A stretch of DNA of 64,000 bases from Actinomycetota bacterium (GCA_020444505.1 JAHLKU010000004.1:13885-77884), one strand, 5' to 3'. Counted from the stretch's first letter, positions 32,376-41,702 are shown. The notes: generated by a model from the letters alone, not told the origin. A program made the numbers and translations.

Positions 32376-33691
32376 CGGGCGTCCTCCTCGAGCCGTTCGG
32401 CCAGCACTTCCAGGCCCTCGGCGCGAGAGGCCTTCACCAGCACGACGTCGCCGTCGGCCAGGTAGCCGCCGAGCACCGCCGCCGCCTCTCCGGCGTCACC
32501 GACCCGGCGGGCGATGGGGCCCGCGCCCTCGGCGATCCCCGGGTCGTCGCCGACCACCACCACCGCGGCGAACCCCAGTTCGGCGGCGAGGCGCCCCACC
32601 TCGCGATGCCCGGTGGCCTCGGCGCCGCCCAGTTCGTGCATCCGGCCGAGCACCGCCACGTGCCGCCCCGGCATGGCCGCCACCGTCCGGAGTGCGGCGG
32701 CGGCGGAGTCGGGGTTGGCGTTGTACGCGTCGTTGACCACGGTGTAGCGCCCGGAGCGGACCTCCATCCTCCACGACGACCCGGTCGCGGCCGCGCCCCG
32801 GCGGGCGGCCTCGTCGAACGGGGCCCCGAGCGCCGCGGCGGCGGCGACGGCGGCGGCCAGGTTCAGGGCCTGGTGGCGGCCGGCCATCGCCAGCCTCACC
32901 CCCACGGCCTCTCCCGCGTGGCGGAGGGTGCACGCGGCGCGGCCGTCGGGGCCGAGCGAGACGCCGGTCACCGAGACGTCGGCCTCCGGGTCTTCGCCGA
33001 AGGTGAGCATCGGCCGGTGGCCCCGGCCGGCCAGCCGGCCGTCGCCGTGGGGGAGCACGGCGGTGCCGCCCTCCCCCAGCGCCTCGACCAGCTCCCACTT
33101 GGCCTCGACGACGCCGTCCTCGTCCCCGAACATCTCCAGGTGGGCGCGGGCCACGTTGGTGATCACGGCCACGTCGGGCCGCACCGCTGCGGCGAGGTGG
33201 GCGATGTGACCCCGCCCCCTGCTGCCGACTTCGACGACCACGGCGGTCGCCCCGTCCGGGGCACCGAGGATCGTGAGCGGCACCCCGATCTCGTTGTTGT
33301 ACGACCGGGGCGCCTTGTGGGCGCCGGGGCCCAGGGCCGCAGCCAGCATGTCCTTGGTGGTGGTCTTGCCGTTGCTGCCGGTGATGGCCGCCACCGGCGC
33401 GGTGATGGCCTCCCGGTGGTGCTCCGCGAGCGCCAGCAGCGCCTCCAGCGGGTCGTCCACCTCGATCCCGGCCGCCCCGGCCGGCAGAGAGCCGCGCCGC
33501 ACCATCACGGCGGCCCCGGCGGCGGACGCCGCGGCGGCGAACTCGTGGCCGTCCCGGTGCTCCCCCTCGAGCGCCACGAACAGCACACCCGGCGCCGCCT
33601 GCCGCGAGTCGGTGACCACCGACGTCACGACCCCGGAGGACGCGGCGCTGCCCCCGGTCGCCGCGGCCACGGTGGCGAGGTCCCAGGTCAT
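32372..33691 (-). CDS. murF: UDP-N-acetylmuramoyl-tripeptide--D-alanyl-D-alanine ligase
   Basis: ITGSNGKTTTKDM; DAYNANPDS. Start MTWDLATVAAATGG; ATGA overlap with murE. Confidence 0.85.
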   Translation of the reverse strand: MTWDLATVAAATGGSAASSGVVTSVVTDSRQAAPGVLFVALEGEHRDGHEFAAAASAAGAAVMVRRGSLPAGAAGIEVDDPLEALLALAEHHREAITAPVAAITGSNGKTTTKDMLAAALGPGAHKAPRSYNNEIGVPLTILGAPDGATAVVVEVGSRGRGHIAHLAAAVRPDVAVITNVARAHLEMFGDEDGVVEAKWELVEALGEGGTAVLPHGDGRLAGRGHRPMLTFGEDPEADVSVTGVSLGPDGRAACTLRHAGEAVGVRLAMAGRHQALNLAAAVAAAAALGAPFDEAARRGAAATGSSWRMEVRSGRYTVVNDAYNANPDSAAAALRTVAAMPGRHVAVLGRMHELGGAEATGHREVGRLAAELGFAAVVVVGDDPGIAEGAGPIARRVGDAGEAAAVLGGYLADGDVVLVKASRAEGLEVLAERLEEDAR

Positions 33692-35148
33692 CGCCGCGCC
33701 GCTTCCTCGCGGGCCACCGTGACGTCGTCGAACGGCAGCACCTCGCCGCCGATCTCCTGGCCCTGCTCGTGGCCCTTGCCCAGGATCAGCACGACGTCGC
33801 CGGGACCGGCGGCGCGGATGGCCCGCCCGATGGCAGCCCTGCGGTCCACCTCTGTCACGACCTCGGCGGGCCCGCCCTCGGCGCCGGCGGCCACGGCGGT
33901 CAGGATGGCGGCGGGGTCCTCGCTGCGAGGGTTGTCCGAGGTGAAGAAGGCGACGTCGGCGCGGGCTGCCGCCGCCCCCATCAGGGGCCGCTTGGCGCGG
34001 TCGCGGTCGCCCCCCGCCCCCACCACCGCCAGCACCCGGGCCCCGGGTGCGAGGCTCCGGGTGGCGCCGATCACCGAGGCGATGCCCTCGGGGGTGTGGG
34101 CGTAGTCCACCACGATGGTGCAATCCTCTCCGGCGTCCACCAGTTCGAAGCGCCCGGCGACCCGGTCGACGGCGCCGATGCCGGCGGCGATGCTATCCCA
34201 CCCGATGCCCACCTCGGCGGCACACGCCGCAGCGACCAGGGCGTTGGCCACGTTGAACCCGCCCGGGATGCGCAGCCGCACCCGGGCCTCTCCGCCCGGG
34301 CCGGACGCGACGAAGGCGGACCCGGTGAGGTCGGAGACCACGTCGCGGGCGGTCACGTCGGCGTCGGCGCCGACCCCCACCCGCGTCACCGGCAGGGTGG
34401 TCTCCGCCGCCAGCCGGTTCCCGGCGGGATCGTCCACCCAGACGACGGCGGCGGAGGCACGGGACGGCACGAACAGCGACGCCTTGGCCAGGTAGTAGTC
34501 CTCCATGTCGTCGTGGAAGTCCAGGTGGTCCTGCGACAGGTTGGTGAAGGCGGCCACGGCGAACCGGGTCGCATCCACCCTCCCCAGGGCCAGGGCGTGG
34601 GAGGACACCTCCACGGCGGCGACGCGGACCCCGGCGCCGGCCATCGACGCCAGCAGCCGCTGGAAGTCGCTGGCCTCGGGGGTGGTGCGGGCCACGGGGA
34701 TCGGCTCGCCGCCGATGCGGGCGCCCACCGTCCCCACCAGGCCGGGCACGCCGCCGTCGGCGGCGACGATCGACTCGAGCAGATGAGCCACCGTGGTCTT
34801 GCCGTTGGTGCCGGTGACGCCCACCACGTCCATGTGTGCCGACGGGTCGCCGTGCACCCGGGCCGCCAGGGGGCCGAGCGCGGCGCGCGTGTCGGGGACC
34901 ACGATGGCGGGCACACCCGGCACGGCGGCGGGGTCCTCCACGCACACCGCGGGGCTGCCGGCGGCCACGGCGGCGTCGAGGTAGGCGTGGCCGTCCACCC
35001 TGAAGCCGCGGATGGCCACGAACAGCACCCCCGGCCCCGCCTCGCGGGAGTCGTGGGTCACGTCGGTGACGGTGACGCCCCCGTAGCCCGCCAGGGCGCC
35101 GCCGACGGCGTCGGCGAGGACGGCGAGGGTGATGGGGTCACTCGCCAT
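33688..35148 (-). CDS. murE: UDP-N-acetylmuramoyl-L-alanyl-D-glutamate--2,6-diaminopimelate ligase
   Basis: VTGTNGKTTVAHL; DYAHTPEG; DNPRSEDP motifs. Confidence 0.85.
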   Translation of the reverse strand: MASDPITLAVLADAVGGALAGYGGVTVTDVTHDSREAGPGVLFVAIRGFRVDGHAYLDAAVAAGSPAVCVEDPAAVPGVPAIVVPDTRAALGPLAARVHGDPSAHMDVVGVTGTNGKTTVAHLLESIVAADGGVPGLVGTVGARIGGEPIPVARTTPEASDFQRLLASMAGAGVRVAAVEVSSHALALGRVDATRFAVAAFTNLSQDHLDFHDDMEDYYLAKASLFVPSRASAAVVWVDDPAGNRLAAETTLPVTRVGVGADADVTARDVVSDLTGSAFVASGPGGEARVRLRIPGGFNVANALVAAACAAEVGIGWDSIAAGIGAVDRVAGRFELVDAGEDCTIVVDYAHTPEGIASVIGATRSLAPGARVLAVVGAGGDRDRAKRPLMGAAAARADVAFFTSDNPRSEDPAAILTAVAAGAEGGPAEVVTEVDRRAAIGRAIRAAGPGDVVLILGKGHEQGQEIGGEVLPFDDVTVAREEAARR

Positions 35149-36835
35149 CTGGGGGCACTCCCAGCTGGTGGAGGGCGGCCAGGGCGACCTCGGAGAACAC
35201 CGGGGCTGCGCCCTTGCCGCCGCTGGCGTCCCGCTGCGGGCTGTCGAGCACCACCGCCACCACCACCCGGGGGTCGTCGATCGGCGCCATGCCGATGAAG
35301 CTCGCCACCACGTCGTCCTCGCTGTAGGCCTGCTCGTCGTAGAGGTACTTCTCGGTGGTGCCGGTCTTGCCGCCCACCCGGTAGCCGTCGACGGCGGCGA
35401 ACGCCCCGGTGCCGCCGGAGACGACCTCCTCGAGCATCGCCCGCATCGACCGGGCGGTGCCCACATCCACCACCCTGCGCTGCAGCGGGTCCACCGGCAC
35501 CCGTGCCCCTCGGCCGTCCACGATCTCCCGCACCAGGTGCGGCTGCACCCAGACGCCGTCGTTGGCCACCGTGGCGAACACCATCGCCATCTGCAGTGTG
35601 GTCACCGACACGCGATACCCGATCGAGGTGGAGGCGATGCAGGTGGTCTCGCACCAGTCGTCGGGGGTGCGCAGCAGGCCCGCCGTCTCGCCGGGGAAGT
35701 CGAGCCCGGTGGACTGGCCGAGCCCGAAGGCGTACAGCACCCGGTGCAGCTCCCTGGCCCCCAGCTCCTCGCCGAGCATGATCGTGCCCAGGTTGCTGCT
35801 GTGGGCGACGATGCCGGTGACCGTCAGCTCGCTCGGGTGGTTGGTGGCGTCGGTGAAGGTCGTGTCGCCGCGCTCCAGCTGCCGGGGGATCTCGTAGAGG
35901 GTGTCGGGCGTGGCGATGCCGGCCTCGAGGGCGGCGGAGATCGTCACCAGCTTCATGGTGGACCCCGGCTCGAACGCATCGGTGACGGCCCGGTTGCGGA
36001 ACAGCACCGGGTCGGCGCCGCTGCGGTCGTTGGGGTCGAACGTGGGTGCGTTCACCATCGCCAGGATCTCGCCGGTGGCGGGGTCCACGACGACGATGGA
36101 GCCGCCCGCCGCCCCGGTGCGCTCGATGGCGCGCTCCAGCGCCTCGGCGGCCGCGAACTGGATCTCGGTCTTGATGGTGAGCACCAGGTCGCTGCCCGGC
36201 TCGGCGGGCACCACCTCGTACTCCCCCTGCGGGATGGTCCGCCCGTACGGGTCGCGCTCCACCAGCAGCTCACCCGGCGTGCCGGCGAGCGTCTCCTCGT
36301 ACTGGAACTCGAGGCCCTCCAGCCCGACGTTGTCGTCGGCCCGCACGAAGCCGATCACCTGGCCGGCCAGGTCGCCCATCGGGTACACCCGCTTGGGCTC
36401 GGTGAGGAAGTAGATCCCCGGCAGCCGGGCCTCGCGCACCCGGTCGGCCTCGGCGCTCTCGATCTGGCGCGCCACGTAGGCGAACGTGCCGTCGGTGGTG
36501 AGGGCGTCGAGCACGTCCAGCATGTTCATCCGCAGCAGCGGCGCCAGCAGGCGGGCCACCGTGGTGGGGTCCTCGATCTCCCGCGGGTTGGCGTACACCG
36601 TCACGCTGTCGATGGTCACGGCCAGTTCCCTGCCGTCCCGGTCGAAGATCTTCCCCCGGTCGGCGGCCAGGGTCTCGCGCTGCAGCCGCTGATTGCGGCC
36701 CTGGTCGGCGTAGACGTCGGCCTCGAGCGCCTGCACCACCACCAGCCGGTACCCGATGGCGATCCAGCAGACGACCAGCAGAACGCCCACCGTCACCAGG
36801 CGGGCGTTGAGGCGGCGCAGGGAGCCGGGCTGCAC
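35138..36835 (-). CDS. ftsI: penicillin-binding protein (peptidoglycan D,D-transpeptidase FtsI-like)
   Basis: N-terminal TM, PBP dimerisation domain, transpeptidase motifs STMK, SSN, KTGT. Confidence 0.85.
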   Translation of the reverse strand: MQPGSLRRLNARLVTVGVLLVVCWIAIGYRLVVVQALEADVYADQGRNQRLQRETLAADRGKIFDRDGRELAVTIDSVTVYANPREIEDPTTVARLLAPLLRMNMLDVLDALTTDGTFAYVARQIESAEADRVREARLPGIYFLTEPKRVYPMGDLAGQVIGFVRADDNVGLEGLEFQYEETLAGTPGELLVERDPYGRTIPQGEYEVVPAEPGSDLVLTIKTEIQFAAAEALERAIERTGAAGGSIVVVDPATGEILAMVNAPTFDPNDRSGADPVLFRNRAVTDAFEPGSTMKLVTISAALEAGIATPDTLYEIPRQLERGDTTFTDATNHPSELTVTGIVAHSSNLGTIMLGEELGARELHRVLYAFGLGQSTGLDFPGETAGLLRTPDDWCETTCIASTSIGYRVSVTTLQMAMVFATVANDGVWVQPHLVREIVDGRGARVPVDPLQRRVVDVGTARSMRAMLEEVVSGGTGAFAAVDGYRVGGKTGTTEKYLYDEQAYSEDDVVASFIGMAPIDDPRVVVAVVLDSPQRDASGGKGAAPVFSEVALAALHQLGVPPDGE

Positions 36836-36870
36836 GGCCTACCCGCCCCGTTCGGTTCGGCGCTCCTGCC

Positions 36871-37284
36871 TCATGGCTGTGCGCCGAGCACGGCTTTGAG
36901 GTCCACCCAGCGCTCCTCCGTCTCCGACCCGCCGCCCCCCAGACCGGCCACCTCGACGGTTCGCACCGTGTCGGGGTAGACCATCCCCATCTCGGTCGCC
37001 GCTTCCACGATGCGCTCGGGCGCCTGGAGCCGGGCGACCTCCAGCTCCAGGTCCTTGTGGCGCGACCACTCCGCCGACGTCTCGCGCTCCACCTCCTGCA
37101 GCACGAACGCGGTGTGGTCGAGGGCGATGCGGGACCAGATCATGAGGAAGAAGGCGGCCACGGTGGTGACCCCCAGCAGCACCCAGGCGCGCCAGCCCGC
37201 CCGGCGTCGAGGCGCGATCGCCACCCGGTAGCCTGCACCGGCCGACACCCCGGGAGCCCGGTAGGGAGCGGCTGGTGCGGTCAT
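36871..37284 (-). CDS. ftsL: cell division protein FtsL-like (single TM + coiled coil)
   Basis: Small bitopic protein in the canonical position between rsmH and ftsI; likely start MTAPAAPYRA. Confidence 0.55.
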   Translation of the reverse strand: MTAPAAPYRAPGVSAGAGYRVAIAPRRRAGWRAWVLLGVTTVAAFFLMIWSRIALDHTAFVLQEVERETSAEWSRHKDLELEVARLQAPERIVEAATEMGMVYPDTVRTVEVAGLGGGGSETEERWVDLKAVLGAQP

Positions 37285-38204
37285 GCCGCAGTCCTCTCGG
37301 CGGCGCGCAGGCGAGCAGAGCGGCTGCGCGGGTTGGCGGACACCTCGGCCGGGTCGGGCCGGAGCGCCTTGCGGGTCAGCAGCCGCAGCTCGGCGGACCG
37401 GCCACAGCCGCATACCGGCAGATCGGGAGGGCACACGCACCCCGTGGCGCCGGCCGCCAGCCGGCGCTTCACGATGCGGTCCTCGAGCGAGTGATACGAG
37501 ATCACGACCAGCCTGCCTCCGGGCCGCAACAGCCGCAGGGCGACGTCCAGGCCTTCGGCAAGTGCACCGAGCTCGTCGTTGACGGCGATCCGGAGTGCCT
37601 GGAAGGTGCGCCGGGCGGGATGGCCGGAGCGCCTGGACCGAGCCGGCATCGCATCTGCGACCACACGGGCCAGGTGCGCCGTGTCGTGGATCGGACGGGC
37701 GGCGACGACGGCGTCCGCGATCCGACGGGCGTGACGCTCCTCGCCGTAGCGGAGGAGGGCATCGGCGAGACGGTCGCGGTCCCAGCCGTTGACGACGGCC
37801 GCGGCGTCCTGCGGTGCGTCCGGCCCCATGCGCATGTCGAGGGGGCCGGATCGGTGATAGGAGAAGCCTCGCTCCCCCACGTCGAGCTGATGGGACGAGA
37901 CTCCGAGGTCGAACAGGGCTCCAGCGATCTCATCGATCCCCTCCTTCTCCAGTACCCGGCCGAGCCGCCGGAAGTCGGCAGCCCGGAAGTCGAATCTCCT
38001 GCGGATGCCCGCCGCCTGCGCGGCCGCATCCGGGTCCCGGTCGATGCCCAGCACGCGCGCCGAGCGATCGGCCGCCAGCAGCGCCCTGGTGTGCCCCCCG
38101 CCGCCGAACGTCGCATCGACGGTGACGCCGAGGGCGAGGCACGGGCGGAGCAGCTCCACCACCTGCGACGCCATCACGGGCTCGTGGTAGGTCGATCGGG
38201 CCAC
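37281..38204 (-). CDS. rsmH: 16S rRNA (cytosine1402-N4)-methyltransferase
   Basis: HEPVMASQVVELL, DATFGGGGHT, ISYHSLEDRIVK motifs. GTG at about 38204 or upstream ATG at 38264. Confidence 0.85.
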   Translation of the reverse strand: MARSTYHEPVMASQVVELLRPCLALGVTVDATFGGGGHTRALLAADRSARVLGIDRDPDAAAQAAGIRRRFDFRAADFRRLGRVLEKEGIDEIAGALFDLGVSSHQLDVGERGFSYHRSGPLDMRMGPDAPQDAAAVVNGWDRDRLADALLRYGEERHARRIADAVVAARPIHDTAHLARVVADAMPARSRRSGHPARRTFQALRIAVNDELGALAEGLDVALRLLRPGGRLVVISYHSLEDRIVKRRLAAGATGCVCPPDLPVCGCGRSAELRLLTRKALRPDPAEVSANPRSRSARLRAAERTAA

Positions 38205-38310
38205 CGTCAGCCCCCCGGAGCGCTGGCGCCAGGATGGAAGCGGGCGGAGTTCGGGGCGTTCCACATGGCATCCGGAGGGCTGACGCTGGGCCGATCGCAG
38301 TGGAGGGCAC

Positions 38311-38742
38311 TCAAATCCCCTCCTCGCTCAGGGCCTCCTCGATGTCGGCGTAGAGCTCGTCGGCCTCGTCGGAGAGGGCCGTCCACGCCTCGGTGTCCCA
38401 CACCTCGAGGCGATCGGCGACCCCGACCACGATGACGTCCTTGCCCAGGCCGGCGTAGTCCCGCAGCGTCTGGGGCAGCTGGATCCGGCCCTGCTTGTCG
38501 AGCGCCTGATCGCTGGCGGCCCCGAAGAACGAGCGGGCGTAGTTGCGGTTCCGGCGATTGGTGCGGGGCAGGCGGTTGACCCGCTCCACCTCGATGTCCC
38601 ACCGGTCCAGCGGGAAGACGTACAGGCAGTGCTCCTGGCCCTTGGTGACGACCAGGCCGGCATCGAGACGCTCGCGGAACTTGCTGGGCATGACCAGCCG
38701 TCCCTTGTCGTCGATGCTGTGCTGGTACTCCCCGAGGAACAC
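38311..38742 (-). CDS. mraZ: transcriptional regulator MraZ
   Basis: Two MraZ/SpoVT-AbrB repeats (VFLGEYQHSIDDKGRLVMP; DKQGRIQLPQTLRDYAG). GTG start about 38742; the longer track ORF is an extension. Confidence 0.85.
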   Translation of the reverse strand: MFLGEYQHSIDDKGRLVMPSKFRERLDAGLVVTKGQEHCLYVFPLDRWDIEVERVNRLPRTNRRNRNYARSFFGAASDQALDKQGRIQLPQTLRDYAGLGKDVIVVGVADRLEVWDTEAWTALSDEADELYADIEEALSEEGI

Positions 38743-38804
38743 GTCCCCGCTCCCCTTCCACGTCGCCGGCCGCCGGCACTCGGCGGCTCGATTCGGGTGG
38801 GCGG

Positions 38805-38900
38805 GACCTGCCAGAGCCCCACCCGGGTTCTCCACTTCGCCCCACTCTGCCCCCTTTCGCCCCACTTGTCAACCCCATCCCACCCCCTGTGCCCCACACA
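38805..38900 (-). promoter_or_regulatory. candidate MraZ operator: direct repeats of GTGGGG-containing boxes upstream of mraZ
   Basis: Plus-strand CCCCAC hexamers at about 38817, 38840, 38860 and 38892, including an exact 11-bp direct repeat TTCGCCCCACT at about 38835 and 38855 (20 bp apart); on the mraZ strand these read AGTGGGGCGAA. Confidence 0.4.
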
Positions 38901-38962
38901 CGCCCCCGTCCCGGGACTCGCTCCCCCACCGGTGTGGCCCCCGCGGCCGGTACCCTGGCCCG

Positions 38963-39700
38963 ATGCTCCACGGACGCCGCATCCTCGTCACCGGCGCCTC
39001 GTCCGGCATCGGGCGCCATCTGGCGCGCGCCTACGCCGCCGAGGGCGCCCGGGTCTGGGCCGCGGCGCGGCGCGCCGACGCCCTCGTCGAGACCGCCGCC
39101 GGCGCCCCGCCCGGATCGATCCAACCGGTCGCCGTCGACCTCGCCACCGACGCCGGGCGCCGGGCGGCCGCCACGGCCATCGAGCGGGACGGAGGCGCCC
39201 TCGACGTCGCCGTCCACGCCGCCGGACTGCTCGGCCCCACCGGCCCCGACGCCACCCTCGACCGCTACCCCGCCGGGGCGTGGCACGAGGTGTTCGAGGT
39301 GAACGTGTCGGCCGTCCACTTCCTCCACCAGTTGCTGGTCCCGATGCTCGACCGGGGGGACCGGCCCTCCCTCATCGGCGTCTCGTCCTCGGTGGGGCGC
39401 AAGGGCCGGGGCACCTGGGGCATGTACGCCGTGTCGAAGGCGGCACTCGAGGGCTGGCTCGAGGTGCTGGCCGACGAGTGGGCGGGACGGGTGTACTCGG
39501 TCAACCCCGGCGGCACCGCCACGCCGATGCGGGCCGCCGCGGTGCCCGACGAGGACCCGTCCACGATCCCCTCGCCCGCCGACATCGCCCCCGTCTTCCT
39601 CCATCTCGCCCATCCCGGCACCGGCGTGCCGACGGGTGCCAAGCTGGAGGCGCGGGAGTGGATCGGACGCGATCCCTGGGAGGGCCTCCGGCAGGAGTGA
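38963..39700 (+). CDS. SDR family NAD(P)-dependent oxidoreductase
   Basis: ILVTGASSGIGRHLA Rossmann motif; YAVSKAALEG catalytic YxxxK. Confidence 0.75.
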   Translation: MLHGRRILVTGASSGIGRHLARAYAAEGARVWAAARRADALVETAAGAPPGSIQPVAVDLATDAGRRAAATAIERDGGALDVAVHAAGLLGPTGPDATLDRYPAGAWHEVFEVNVSAVHFLHQLLVPMLDRGDRPSLIGVSSSVGRKGRGTWGMYAVSKAALEGWLEVLADEWAGRVYSVNPGGTATPMRAAAVPDEDPSTIPSPADIAPVFLHLAHPGTGVPTGAKLEAREWIGRDPWEGLRQE

Positions 39701-39743
39701 GCCCCTCCCGCCTACCATCCCCCCCGACACGAGGGGAGGCCCG

Positions 39744-40265
39744 TTGCACGTCTTGATCGCCACCGACGGCACCATGGACACCGGCACCGCCGTCCGCTTC
39801 GCCACCGCGCTCGCCGGCCCCGACGGCCACATCACCGTCCTCACGGTGGTGGAGGTCAACCGCACGCTGCTGCGCGACCTCCGGGCCATCTACGGGGAGC
39901 GCCATCCCCCCGCCATCGACCAGGACGCCGAGTACGTCGGCATCCGGCCCGAGGGCGGCACCGGGCCCGATCCGTCGTGGCCGGGTGACGACGAGATGCT
40001 CGCCCGCTACCTCGACCAGCAGCGCGCAGGGCGCACGGCGGCCCTGGAGGACGCGCTGCGCGCCGCCGGGGCCGACGTGGCCGTGGAGGCACGCGAGGGC
40101 GAGGACCCCGCGGGAGCGATCCTCGCCGCCGTCGGGCAGCTCGAGCCCGACGTCATGGTGGTGGGCTCGCACGGCAGCGGCCTCTTCGAGGGGCTGCTCG
40201 GGTCCACCGGGACCAAGCTGGCCCGCCGCTCGCCCTGCCCCGTGCTCGTGCTGCGAAAGGAGTGA
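39744..40265 (+). CDS. universal stress protein (UspA family)
   Basis: LHVLIATDGT N-terminus; C-terminal VVGSHGSGLFEGLLGSTGTKLARRSPCPVLVL ATP-binding motif. TTG start after a GAGGGGAGG RBS. Confidence 0.7.
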   Translation: MHVLIATDGTMDTGTAVRFATALAGPDGHITVLTVVEVNRTLLRDLRAIYGERHPPAIDQDAEYVGIRPEGGTGPDPSWPGDDEMLARYLDQQRAGRTAALEDALRAAGADVAVEAREGEDPAGAILAAVGQLEPDVMVVGSHGSGLFEGLLGSTGTKLARRSPCPVLVLRKE

Positions 40266-40558
40266 CCGTGGAAGAGTTCGCCTCTCAGGCCCCAAGGCCC
40301 GCCGACGAAGGGGCGCAGCACCCGCCGCGCCGCTGGGTGCCGCCGCTCGTGTTCGGACTGGTGGTGCTGATCCCCAGCCTCGTCCTGATCTTCTCGAACA
40401 CCGAGACCACCGGCATCAGCTTCGCCTGGTACCACGGCACGGCGCCGCGCTGGATCGTCCTCGCCGTCACCTTCCTCGCCGGCGCGGTCGTGACCCGGCT
40501 GCTCGCCTGGGCGTGGCGTGCGATGCGCCGCCGCCAGAAGGCGCAGGCCGGCGAGTAG
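40262..40558 (+). CDS. small membrane protein (LapA/DUF1049-like)
   Basis: GTG start overlapping the usp stop; two TM helices and a basic C-terminal tail. Confidence 0.5.
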   Translation: MTVEEFASQAPRPADEGAQHPPRRWVPPLVFGLVVLIPSLVLIFSNTETTGISFAWYHGTAPRWIVLAVTFLAGAVVTRLLAWAWRAMRRRQKAQAGE

Positions 40559-40564
40559 GCGCGC

Positions 40565-41065
40565 CTAGACGGCGGCCGACAGGTACGGCTGCCAGGACGG
40601 GTGGGGCGGCGCACCGAGCCCCACCAGCAGCCACCCGTGCTCGCGCGGCGCCTGGGGAGCGCGTGCCAGCGGCATGCCGGCCTCCGACGGCGTGCGGTTC
40701 CCCTTCCTGGTGTTGCACGAGCGGCACGCCGCCACGACGTTCTCCCAGGTGTGGGTGCCGCCCCGGGAGCGGGGCACCACGTGGTCGAGGTTCTCGGCGC
40801 GGTCCCCGCAGTACTGGCAGACCGACTCGTCGCGGGCGAACACCGCCCGCCGGTTGAGGGGAACCCGGCGCCGGTAGGGCACCCGGACGTAGCGGACCAG
40901 GCGGATGACCGACGGGATCGGCACCCGCATCCGCTCCGAGCTCCAATGGCCGGCCTGGGCCTCGACGAGCTCGGCCTTGTCCCGCACCAGCAGGACGACC
41001 GCGCGCCGTGCCGAGACCACCGACAGCGGCTCGTAGGAGGCGTTCAGCACCAGGGCCGGTTGCAC
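40565..41065 (-). CDS. HNH endonuclease
   Basis: [43 protein letters not shown] zinc-finger nuclease motif. Confidence 0.75.
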   Translation of the reverse strand: MQPALVLNASYEPLSVVSARRAVVLLVRDKAELVEAQAGHWSSERMRVPIPSVIRLVRYVRVPYRRRVPLNRRAVFARDESVCQYCGDRAENLDHVVPRSRGGTHTWENVVAACRSCNTRKGNRTPSEAGMPLARAPQAPREHGWLLVGLGAPPHPSWQPYLSAAV

Positions 41066-41171
41066 GGGCGCACCCTACCAGCGGCTCTCGCGCCCACCCG
41101 GGCAGACCACTCTCGGTGTCTGCTTGACACTCTGCGTGCTGCTGGGCACACTGCACTCGAGGAGGTGAGCC

Positions 41172-41702
41172 GTGCGCGTCGTCGGCTATGCACGCGAAGC
41201 CGCCGGTTCCGACACCCCGAGGCCGGTGTTCGCCCAGCACGAGGAGATCCGCCGCTGGGCCGCGGACCACGGCCACGACCTGGTGGCGGTGTGTCAGGAC
41301 CGGCCGGGCGCCTCCCACCCGCTCGAGCGCGACGGCTACCTGTCCCTGCTCGGCACCGTCGCCTCCGGCGGCGTGGATGCCGTGGCGCTCCCCGGCGTCG
41401 CCACCCTCTCCGACGACCTCATCGTGCAGGAGATCCTGCTCTGGGACCTGCGGAGCCGCGGGGTCCGGGTGCTGTCCACCGAGGCGGCGGACGCCGCCGT
41501 GGTCGGCGACGAGGAGCCGGACGCGATGCGCCTCGTGATCCGCGACGTGCTGGCACGGGTCGAGGAGCATGCCGCCACCCTGGCCCGGCGCCCCGTGGGG
41601 GGCAGGCCGACGGGCGGCGCCGAAGTGGTGGTGGAACTGCTGGCCTCACTCCCCCGGGCACCGCGCGGCGTCGATGCGGAGCGCGCGCCGGCGGGTGACT
41701 AG
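41172..41702 (+). CDS. serine-recombinase (resolvase) catalytic-domain-like protein, apparently catalytically degenerate
   Basis: MRVVGYAREAAG aligns to the resolvase MRxxGYARVSTxxQ but lacks the nucleophilic Ser. The DRLGR arginines are replaced (ATLSDDLIVQ); no clear C-terminal HTH. Confidence 0.55.
   Translation: MRVVGYAREAAGSDTPRPVFAQHEEIRRWAADHGHDLVAVCQDRPGASHPLERDGYLSLLGTVASGGVDAVALPGVATLSDDLIVQEILLWDLRSRGVRVLSTEAADAAVVGDEEPDAMRLVIRDVLARVEEHAATLARRPVGGRPTGGAEVVVELLASLPRAPRGVDAERAPAGD

Noticed and set aside
36839-37069. 76-aa ORF 36839..37069 overlapping the ftsI/ftsL junction
   Set aside because: Lies antisense/out of frame across the ftsL C-terminus; Gly/Arg-rich artefact.
40565-41065. 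HNH endonuclease as a mobile element (homing endonuclease or IS)
   Set aside because: No flanking inverted repeats, integrase, intein or intron context; small free-standing HNH genes of this type are common chromosomal genes in actinobacteria.
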